A stretch of 64,000 bases of DNA from Azolla caroliniana. Lineage: Eukaryota; Plantae; Polypodiophyta. This document shows positions 21,163-32,071 of this stretch, in pieces. The stretch spans positions 124,001-188,000 of the forward strand of contig JBHGNT010000013.1 in the NCBI GenBank assembly GCA_043228905.1. Reading direction: 5' to 3'. A program made the translations under genes and the position numbers. The notes beneath the pieces are model-generated. The model was not told where the DNA came from and made no database searches. It saw nothing but the letters and a program-made list of their open reading frames with translations. How positions within the stretch are numbered: the stretch's first letter is position 1; each line of letters begins with the position of its first letter.

Positions 21163-23621
21163 TCATGATTCTTCACTGATGTCAACACTGCTAATCATGA
21201 GTTGCTTTTGTTTCTGCATTGCCATGATTTCCTCTGCATCCTCGTGCATACCAGCATCAAGATATATATTACACATGCACACATAAGCAACTGCTTCTTT
21301 ATCATCCAGATGCATTGCATTTTCAAATGCCCATCTTCCAAGTTCCACATTACCCCACTTTTGGCAAGCACCCAATATAATACGCCACACTGCAAGATCA
21401 GCCTGATATGGCATCTCTTTAATCATGACTAGTGTTTTATCAAATTGGCCAGCACGGCTGAAGAGATCAATCATGCAAGTGTAAATCTCGAGAGTAGGAA
21501 TAATACCACAATCCTTACTCATTCTAAAGTAATTCTCGCCCCTATCCACGAGACCTGCATGACAGCATGCGTTAATAATAATAACAAATGTCACTAAAGT
21601 TGGTGCTACACCATGTTCAATCATTCTATCAAAGGTACTGAAAACTACTTCGCTTTCTCCACATTGGGCATATCCTGCAATAAGTGATGTCCATGAAATT
21701 ACATCACGAATACTAAGATTGTCAAATACTTTTTGTGCATCCATACATGCACCACATTTAGAATAAAAATCAACTACTGCATTCCCAATGATGTGGTCAA
21801 TCTCTAAACATCCTCTTTTTACCATCAAAGAATGTATTTCCAGCCCCTTCTCAGTAGCTCCTAGTGCTCCATACGTTCTTAAGATAGAAACATAGGTAAC
21901 AACATCTGGGAAGATTCCATCTAGCTGCATTTGGTGAAAACAGTTGAGTGCTTGGTGATAGTCTCCAATTTCTTCATATCCCGCAATTAAGGCAGTCCAT
22001 GAAAATGCATCTCGTTCCGGAAGTTTGTCAAATACTTCCCGAGCTTTAGTAGGCGATCCACATTTGGAATACATTGCAACCAAGGTGCTGCCAACAAGGA
22101 CGTGGTTCTCCAACAATCCTTCTTTATCGACTTGCATGTGTATTGCTTGGCCTTTCTCGATGGCACCAATGTCCATGCACGCCTTCAATGCACTGATGAA
22201 AGTAATGGCATTGGGATGAACTCCTTGAGATTGCATTTGTTCAAAACAGCTGAGTGCTTCTTTGCTATATCCATGGTCAGCATATCCTGTTATGAGTGTT
22301 GTCCATGAAACTACATCACAAGTTAGAAGTCTGTCAAACATTTCTTGTGCTTCCAAAAGCAAGCCACATTTCGCATACATATATACCAATGCGTTGCCTA
22401 GGAGAGGGTCTTTGTCCAATAACCCTTTCCTGATCATTTCAGCATGTGTTTCTTGCCCTTCACTTGCAGTCGCAATGCTGCCACAAGATTTTAAGATACA
22501 CATATATGAGATAGCGTCAGGAAAACCTCCCTGATTTTGCATCGTTCTTAAACAGATCAGTGCTTCCTCGCCCTTTCCTTGTTGTAGATATCCAGACGCC
22601 AGGGCATTCCAAGATACCACATCTCTAACTGGAAGGTTGTTGAATACTTCTTGCGCTTTAGTAAGGGACCCACATTTTGCATACATGTCAACCAACGTGT
22701 TCCCAATAAAAATGTCCTTTAGCAACACCGGATTTTGAGCAATCTCAGCGTGTATTTCACTGCCTGTCTCGATATCTTGGAGGTTTGTACATGCCTGTAA
22801 GGCAGAAACGTAAGTATATCCATTCGCTTGCACAGATTCATCTTCCTGAAGTCTGTGGAACAAGAAAAGTGCATATTGCGGATCTCCACTCTTGATGTAT
22901 CCTGTCATCAGACAAGTCCACGAGAATTCATTCCGATACTCGAGCTTGTTGAAAAGATTCTGGGCACAAGACATACACCCCACCTCCACCAGCACGGGGA
23001 TGATGTAGTTACCAATTGGATAATGGCTTTCTAAACCCCACTGATGTAACAACTTGTGTAACTGCAATGCTGATGACATATCTCGTTCTTTCCGGCATCG
23101 ATGTAAGATGCGTATAAGGTCATCAAGACCAGGCTGACTTTCCATACCACCTTCCAACCTCGGCTTTATTTCATCTAAACAAAGATTATGGCACCAGACA
23201 CTGCTACTCTTGATGCCAAGCATATCACTTTCTGAACTCTCTGCTCCTTGGAAGGTTTCTTCCGTTTTGTCTTGATACACATTCGTCCCCAGTTTCCGAA
23301 TGAGGGGTCGAATCCACTTGGGGCTATTCCAACCATTGATCCAGAGGGACTCCCTGGTAAGCTTATGTTTGAAATCGGGTGCTCCGTCCTATATAGCGGA
23401 ACACAGGCTATGAACAACATGCTTTCTTAGTGGAATAGGGGAAGAGGAGGAGCACTTACTTGTTTGTGTCGGCGGCAGTCATGCCATTGTGAGGGATCCT
23501 TGAAGAATTCCTTCCATAAGAGTTCAGTTTTCCGAGGCCTTGGTGATGGTGATGGTGATGGTGATGGATGCTCTCTTCCTGTAAAGATGGAGGGAGGTGG
23601 GTGTAGGGCTAAACTGTCCAT
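21163..23621 (-). CDS. PLS-class, E-type pentatricopeptide repeat protein with an N-terminal OSB-like PDF motif (~795 aa); exons 23621-23460 and 23388-21163
   Basis: Repeated P-L-S triplets (GNTLVDMYAKCGSL..A..VF..L..RDVVSWNA) and E domains (YTCMIDLFSRAG...VWRIILGACQKWGNVELG), no DYW. A 71-bp GTAAGT...TATAG phase-0 intron joins LWKEFFKDPSQWHDCRRHKQ to DGAPDFKHKLTRESLWINGWNSPKWI, in frame with the PPR ORF. Confidence 0.88.
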
Positions 23622-24396
23622 GTTTTAAACTAAGAAAGGAGGCTGGCAAAGTCCTAAGCAGAGGTCTCCGACCAAAGCCATAGAAAGGTAGGAGGTGAAT
23701 CCATTACTCGTGCGTAGTCCTGTTCATGGGCAAAGCAAGCAGGTTCTGGAGGAGGCAGGGCTCTTAACTCCATGTCTCTTCCTGAAGGAAGGCTTCTTCA
23801 AGGAAGAAATGGGGTCATATATGTACATACATATATACCCCCATCACATCCCATGGCTCCTTTCTATTTGCTACCAAATCATGAATAGGCCCAGTGAGGA
23901 GGTGAGCGAATCACGGACACGGACCGCGTTTCGATAATCACATGCGATCTCCAACGTTAGATCATTATCCACAAAAAAGTGCACGCCCATAACTGCCCTA
24001 GCTCTGGTCCGGCCTCCGTCACGTCTAACCCGGGGCAATGAATGTTCATTCTAACTCAGTTCTATCATGCCTCTGTCCCCAACTCTGTTGTGTTTTCTAA
24101 CCTGCCTTTGTGATTTCTAACCTCGTTGATAGTTTTCACTAATCCAACCCATGATTTTATAATTGGTAATGAGTTCGGCTCACGTAGAAAAATGCATCAA
24201 TATGTTATCAATATCCATCAATTTTGAATGGAGCTTTCCCTTCTAGTAAGGATAACCTGAAGCCACCCATACATACTTCTAATCATTATATATCTCATGT
24301 TCTCATTTCAGCCTCTAGTAGGCATGTAAATAGGAATATAGGATTGCCTATTTGGCTACAATTAGGGCTCATGTAATTGCTTTCTTATTGTCCAGT

Positions 24397-24745
24397 TGAG
24401 AGGGCAAAGAGAACCCTTTCTTCCATTGCTCAGACCACCATTAAAGTTGACTAATTTTTGAAGGAGTTGATTTCTATTCAACCATTACTCGTGGAAGGTT
24501 TGAGGAATTTAACATGGATCTCTTCAAGAAGTGCATGGAGCCAATGGAAAAGTGTTTGAGAGATGCAAAGATGGACAAGAGTAGCACCCATGAAGTTGTT
24601 CTTGTTGGAGGATCTATGAAGAATCCTACAGTGCAACAATTGTTGCAAGATTTCTTCAATGGTAAAGAGCTTTGCAAAAGCATTAATCCCAATGAAGGTG
24701 TGGCTTATGGTGTTGATGTCAAGCTAGCAATTTCTCACTATGTTT
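24397..24745 (+). pseudogene. HSP70: Cytosolic HSP70 gene fragment
   Basis: ERAKRTLSS.AQTTI...[51 protein letters not shown]....[25 protein letters not shown]. It has a stop/frameshift and lacks both ends. Confidence 0.92.
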
Positions 24746-26404
24746 AATTTTTTAATCCTGATGAAGGTGTAACATTAATCCCGATCCGTCTCTTGCACGC
24801 ATCCAGCTTTTCGGCTAACAACACCTTGGTTAGCATGTCCGACCCATTCTCCTCTGTGTGGATCTTCAACAACACGAATTCTTGATCTTCCACTCTCTCC
24901 CGAAGCCAGTGGTGTCTACATTGGATGTGCTTTGTCCTGGAGTGGTACGCCACGTTCTTTGCAAGGTGGATGGCACTTTGACTGTCGTAGTAGAGCTAGA
25001 ATTCCTCCTGTCGGATCCCGAGCTCTTTGATGATCCTTCATCCAGATTACCTCTTTACTGGCTTCTACGACCGCCATGTACTTTGCTTCTTGTCGATAGT
25101 GCAACGGACTTCTGCAACCTCGACTGCCACGATATGGCTCCCCCTACATATGTCATAACATATCCGGAAGTTGATCGACTGGTATCCGCATCAACCGACA
25201 TATCTGAATCCATGGATCCTTCAAGTTGGGGTTTTTTGGAGCCGAATTGGAGGCACATACTCGAGGTGCCTTTCAAGTTCCGGAGTATCCACTTGACCGT
25301 GGTCCAGTGTTCTCTCCCCGGATTGTTCATGAACCGGCGGCTGACCACTTTGACTGCATATCCGATATCCGACCGGGTACACACCATTGCGTACGTCAAG
25401 CTTCCGACGGCGGAGGCATATGGTATCTTCATCATTTCTGACTTCTCCGTCTTGGACTTCGGACTTTGCTTTCCGGACAGCTTGAAGTTTGTCGGAAGTG
25501 TCGACCCGACCGGCTTTGCATCCGTCATGTTTGGAATCGTTGAAGCACCTTTGTCACATACTTCTCCTATGACAGTCACAATAGCTTCTTCGTCCGGTCC
25601 TAGACTATGTGCATCCCCAATATCTGTCTTGCCTAACCCATATCTTTCATTGAGAAGGTCCGGTTCAAGGCCTTCTTTAGATTTCCGATTTTGATCTAGT
25701 CCGGTCCGACGATCAACATATCGTCTAGTATGTACAACAATAGTATCAGGAAGTTTCCTCTGTTGAAATTCTTCACAAATACACAGTGATTAACTTGAAT
25801 CTTGTGGTATCCCTGGTTGGTTATGAAGGAGTCGAACTTTCGGTACCATTGCCGGGGAGCTTGCTTCAGTCCATATAAGCTCTTCTTCAATCGGCATACC
25901 AAGTGCTCCTTCCCTTTCTTGATAAATCCCTTTGCTTGTTGCATGTAGATCTCTTCTTCGAGGTCACCGTGCAGGAAGGCCATCTTGACATTTAGTTGCT
26001 CGACCTCGAGGTCCATGCTTGCCGCAATGCTCAACACAGTCTGGATGGACGTCACCTTGACTACCGGAGCAAAGATCTCATCGAAATCCGCTCCTTTCTT
26101 TTGTTGGAAGCCCTTCACCACGATCCGAACTTTGTAGCCTGGTGGATTTCCGACATCTCCCGGTTTCAGCTTGTATACCCACTTGTTCCGGAGCACTCTC
26201 TTTCCTTTCGGCAGCTCTGTCAATTCATATGTGTGGTTCTCATGCAGTGAATCCATCTCGTCTTGCATGGTACTTAACCACCCGTGGCTGTGAGTGTCTT
26301 TCTTTGCTTCCTCGTAGCTTTCTGGCTCCCGCTCGTTGGTCAGTAGCACATGCTTTGTATCCGGAAATCTCCGGGGGGGTGGGGTGGGGGGTGGGGGGCT
26401 TCTC

Positions 26405-29400
26405 TGAAGCGGAAGTGTATGCGGAAACGTATGAGGATCTGTCTCAGTTCGTACTCAGAAAACAACATAGAAAGAGAAGCAAAGATATACACGGTTTGAA
26501 GCTTTAATGGAAGCTCTATTACATTCTCTCTCTCTCTCTCTCTCTCAGAGACTCGATATCCGATACACAATCAAGAAGATTGTTCTTTACAACATTAGGT
26601 TATTGCTTATATACTAAGCCCTAACTATAGAATACAAAGTGGAGGGAGTCGGCCTTTTATGCCAACAAACTCCCCCGTAAAAGGACTACTCTTTCCTACA
26701 TGTACATGTGTTTGGGGTTGTCTCCCCCATAAACTTAGATTACAACGCTAATCTAGATTTATGTTATAAGTCAGTTGGCATATAGTCAAGTCGGCATAGG
26801 TGAGGTCCTGTGTTGAGACTAGCATGGCTCATTATCATGATTGATTCGGTTGACTCTTACCTTCTACTCCTCGTTCGACTTTCTTCTGCTCGATTGCTTG
26901 TCGTAGTCCCATCTTTGTCCTTAGTGCTCCGAAGCGTTGATTTGGGAGTGGCTTTGTCAGGAAATCGGCGATGTTCACCTCGGTGTCGATCTTCCGAACA
27001 TCGAGCTTCTTCTCAGTTATGAGCTCGCGGATGTGATGATACCACACCTCAATATGCTTCGTCTTTGCATGGTAGACGGGATTGTTGATGAGGTGTATTG
27101 CACTCTGTGAGTTGCAATGGATGGTTGGCGATAGCCGATCATTTCTGCTTGTATCTAAGAAGTCAACAGACAGTCAGTGCAACCAGATCGCTTCCTTTAC
27201 TGCTTCCGATGCCGCTATGTACTCAGCTTCTGTGGTAGACAGAGCCGTGCACTCTTGAAGTTTCGACCTCCATGATATTGCACCACCACCATAGGTGAAG
27301 ATGTAGCCTGATGTCAATTTCTAATTATCTGTATTTCCAGCATAGTCGGAATTGGTGTAGCCTTCAACTTTGGTTGAGGTTGTCAAGCCGAAAGTCAGTT
27401 GTGTATCTTCGGTCCCCCTCAGGTACCTGAAGATGTGCTTGATGGCCTCCCAATGCTTCCGTCCTGGGTTTGACATATACCGGCTAACCACCCCTACAAC
27501 ATAGGCTAGGTCGGGTCGGGTTGCCACCATTGCGTACATGATATTTTCTACGGCTAATGCGTAGGGCATCTTTCCATTAATTAAGCTCTCTCTCCTTGTC
27601 CATTGAAGGAGAGTCTCTGTTCGATAGTAGTATCGACGTCGGAAGCGGTGTTGGTTTTGGCTTCGCATTCTCCATATTGAAGCGCTTCAGCACCTTCCGG
27701 ATATAGTTGGACTGGGAGAGTTAGAGAGTCTTGGTCATCCGATTTCGCTCGATCCTCATGCCCAGTATGTGACTTGCTTGTCCGAGCTCCTTCATCGCGA
27801 ACTTGTCGTGAAGGCTTCGCTTCAGCTTTCCGATCTCTGCTTGATTGCTTCCCACAATCAACATATCGTTGACATATAGGATCAGATAAATCATAGACTC
27901 GTTGGCTAGTTGCCGAATATACATGCATGGGTCAAAGTCGGATCGGTGGTATCCAAGTTGCCTGATGTAGGAGTCAAACTTCTGGTACCACATCCTCGGT
28001 GCTTGTTTCAAGCCATATAGACTTTTGTTTAACCGACATACCAGGTGACTATCCTCCCCGATCGCCGTGAAGCCTGCCGGTTGAGACATGTAGATGTCTT
28101 CTTCCAGATCTCCGTGTAGGAATATTGTCTTTACATCCAGTTGCTCTAGCTCTAGGTCTTCTGTTGCCACAACTACTAGTAAGAGTCGGAGGGTGGTCAT
28201 CTTGACTACTGGTGAGAATATCTCGTCGTAGATGACCCTGTATTCTTGTTTGAATCCCTTCGCGACAAGTTGAGATTTGTACTTCGGTTTTGCTGAGTCG
28301 GATACATATTTGTATCGAAAAACCCATTTGCAAGGTAGCGGCTTCCTTCCACCTGGTAGTTTGACCAGCTCCCATGTCTAATTCTTGTGAATCAAGTCCA
28401 TTTCGGATCTCATGGCTTGCAGCCATGTGTTGGCGTCCGTTGCGGCCATGGCTTCTTCATAAGTGTTTGGTTCGCCTACATCGATGTAGTTCACATAGTC
28501 GAGGCCCGGTTGAAAAAACTCTGTTGGCCTTCGAGCTCGTCCAGATCTCATGGGTGCCGAGATAAGTGGTTCAGATTCTTCGATCGACTCGGTTGGGCGA
28601 TCGATATTTGTTGAACCATTTGTGTCAGGAGTCTTGTTAGGTGACTCGCCCCCATGTCTGGATTTCGGTGGTGTCACGTTGTTCTCCCCTATGGACTTTG
28701 TCGACTCGGTTCTGTTTCCTACTCGCATCTTGTTGACTTTTCCAGCTTTGACTCTTGTCGAATTGGCTTTGTCTTTGATGGTTTTGTCTTCGAGTTTGAT
28801 TAGTGGAGTTCCTACCGATTCGGAGTCGATAGGTATGTTGTCGGCTTGTTTGAGTTCAACTGTTTGTCGAATCTCTGATTCGGCTTGATGGATCGGTTCT
28901 TCTATGACAACTTTGTCGTCTTCGAAGGATACCTTCTTACCAACTATTCTCTATTGGTTCCGCTGAGAGAAGATAGAGTCTTCATTGAAGACTACGTCAC
29001 TACTCCGGATCAATTTCTGGTTCTCAAGGTCCCATAGCATGTAGCCAAATTCCCCATCAATTCCATAACTGAGAAATACGCATTTCATTGCATGGGGTGC
29101 CAATTTTGTCCTTTTATCCCTGGGGATGAACGTGTAGGCTTCGCATCCAAATATACAGAGCCTATCGTAGGTCAGCTATTTGCTAGACCATAGTGCATGG
29201 GAAACTTTGAGCCTGATTGCTCTTGACGGCACCAGATTTATCAGGTATATTGCCATTTGTAATGCCTCGGCCAAGAATTCCAGCTTTAGTCCAGCTTACT
29301 GGAACATTGCCGTCACCCTCTCCTAGATCGTTCGGTTGATCCGTTCTACCACTCCATTTTTCATGGGTGTGTAAGGAACGATCTTTTGATGTCGGATCCC

Positions 29401-31909
29401 TTTGTTGGACAAGTACTGCTTAAAGGCTCTGGAGGTATATTCGCCTCTGTTGTCGGATCGTAGTGTCTTCACTCTGTATCCCGACCGGTTCTCCACTTTA
29501 GATATCTACCGAGTGAAGACCTCAAGCACTTCGTCTTTGGACCTAATGGAGTAGGCCCAGACCTTCTGTGTACAGTCATCTACAAAGGTGATGAAGTACC
29601 GGGAGCCTCCTAGTGATCGCTCTGGCATGGGCCCACATATATCTGTGTGCACGAGCTCTAGGGGATGTCGTATTGTCTCGTAGTGGAGAGAGTGCGGACT
29701 TCGGGTCTATTTCCCATATCGACAATGCTCACAGAAATCTGTCTTTGCTTGGAGTTTCGGGATGTAGCCTACCGCCATCAGCCGATCAAGTCCGGCTTTA
29801 GACATGTAACCGAGTTGGCCATGCCATAAGTTTGGATCGGTCTTTTTGAGCTACGTTCACGGCCTCTTCTAGATTGATTGCCATTAGCAGGTATAGGTTG
29901 TTGTACTTGTGTCCACTCCCAATTCTGAGATTTCCCCGGCTAATCATCCATATCAACTCACTTAGAGTCGTTCAGTACCCGTCTTTGGCTAGCATGCCGA
30001 TGGAGACCAGACTCCTTTTTAGATCGGGTACGTGCCTGACTTGGTGCAGGGTGATCATGTTGCCATTGGGCAATCATATGGGTACCTTTCCTGTCCCTGC
30101 GATTTTGCACTCCTGCCCATTTCCCAGTCGGACTGTGTTGTTGGTGTCAACCGAATAGTTCAAAAACCATTCTATGTTTGGGATCGCATGAAATGTGGCA
30201 CCGGAATCCAGTAACTACGTGTGTGCTTCTTGTGCACTGGGACTTCCCCGATCATGGAGTCCTCTAAGGAGAGAATTTCTCTTGATGGAGAGTCGACAAC
30301 GTTGATTTGGTTGCCAGCTAGAGAGTAGTGTGAATCGGGTCTACCTCGATTTCGCTCAGATTAGTGACCATTCTCTTTCCTCTTGATTGACCAGCAATCG
30401 GAAACATTGTGGCCAGCGTTTCTGCAGTGTGTGCAGAATTCGCTTGATCGGCCCATTCTCGACTTTGACCGTTGTCGGTCTCCCCTCGTTTTTGATCGGT
30501 TGGTATTCCGACTAGTTATGTCTCGGCTTGTTCTCTCGTACAACTCTGTAGGTCGAACGACTCAATCGAGTGACGGGCTTCTGCCGATTCATTGATGGTA
30601 AGTCCCATCGATTTTCGCTGAATGTCCTCGGTGAGGACTTGGCCGATTGTCTCATCCAGATTTAGGATCGGTCGACTATTGGCGTATGTCATGCAGAATA
30701 CCTCCCCACTCGCCGGCAAGCTCGATAGGAGGGCAAGGGCTTTCACTTCTTCTTCGAAGTTGATCCCTTGTGAGGAGTGTTCTGACAACACAGCGGATCG
30801 GTTTCTCTCATCTTTATGTTGAAAAGTTGTTTGATCAAAATTAGTTTCGAAGATGAGGACTTCTTCTCATACACGGTTTGTAACTTCTCCCATAGTGAGA
30901 ATGTTGTCATTGAAGAGAATTGCGTGGAATATTGCTCGGCCTCAACCGAGTAATGAATCACTTCAATGAGAATGAAACACAGAAATGGGAAATAGAGAGT
31001 GAACGCACGTACACACACAAGCAATAGAGAGTACTCGGGATGTTTACATGGAAAACCCTAATAGGGAAAAACCACGGGAGCCCACATACTCCAAATTATC
31101 ACTATATGATAAAGGTACAATTAGAGACTCGGAAGCCATGACCTAACGACCTCGAGCTCTGTTTTTTTCACCGAGCAACGGTTACAACAGAGTATCGCTC
31201 TGTATCTCTTCTCTCTCTCTCTCTCTCTACAACATTCATACAACAATATAACAACAACCTTTTTTAAGTGATACCCTAAGTCATATTTATACTTATGTGA
31301 ACATAGGGCTATTTACAAATATAGCCTCAATAGGCTTACTCAAAACATATTTACAAATATGTCTTCTCTTCCGGTTCTGACCGGGTCCTCTTCATTCATA
31401 ACCGGATCCCATCCGAAGGGACCGACTTCCCAACAGTCGTCTCTTTTGCCATGATGAAGTAGACGTTTTCGGCTAGGTGCATTCGAATGGTGGAGCGTGC
31501 AATTTCGACCATTGATTGTCATGTTCTGACATTGATCTCCACTCATCGACTGACATTGAAGCATGCTTTTCAGAGTGTCGAATGGCCTCGACCTGTCTTC
31601 AAATAATCAGTACGTCCTGCATCATCTCCTTCCATAGGGCAAAGTTTTTGCCGTTGAATTTTCGGATCTCAACTCCTATACCGGATGTTGATGCCATGAT
31701 TCTTTTGGAAGTGAGATTTACTAACCTGGTCTTTTCTTTCAGCCTTTTCTGTTGTCTGTTGCCGCCGAGCAGCAGATCGCACTGATACCAGTTGAAGCGG
31801 AAGTGTATGCGGAAATGTATGAGGATCTGTCTCAGTTCGTACTTAGAAAACAACACAGAAAGAGAAGCAAAGATATACACAGTTTGAAGCTTAAATGGAA
31901 GTTCTATTA

Positions 31910-31952
<43 letters not shown>

Positions 31953-32071
31953 AGACTCAATATCCGATACACAATCAAGAAGATTGTTCTTTACAACGTT
32001 ACGTTATTGCATATATACTAAGCCCTAACTATAGAATACAAAGTGGAGGGAGTCAGCCTTTTATGCCAACA
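26405..32071 (-). mobile_element. Nested copia element 'Y' with LTRs 26405-26667 and 31793-32071
   Basis: LTRs TGAAGCGG...GCCAACA, TSD TTCTC on both sides, PBS TGGTATCAGTGC, PPT, and fragmented gag/INT/RT/RH ORFs. Confidence 0.93.
30921..31435 (-). mobile_element. Solo LTR of the X family inserted in the gag of element Y
   Basis: Similar to LTR 34518-34998 (GGAAAACCCTAATAGG.AAAAACCACGGGAG, ...GGGACCGA.TTCCCAACA). Splits the gag peptide AKET|TFSLWEKL. Confidence 0.85.
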
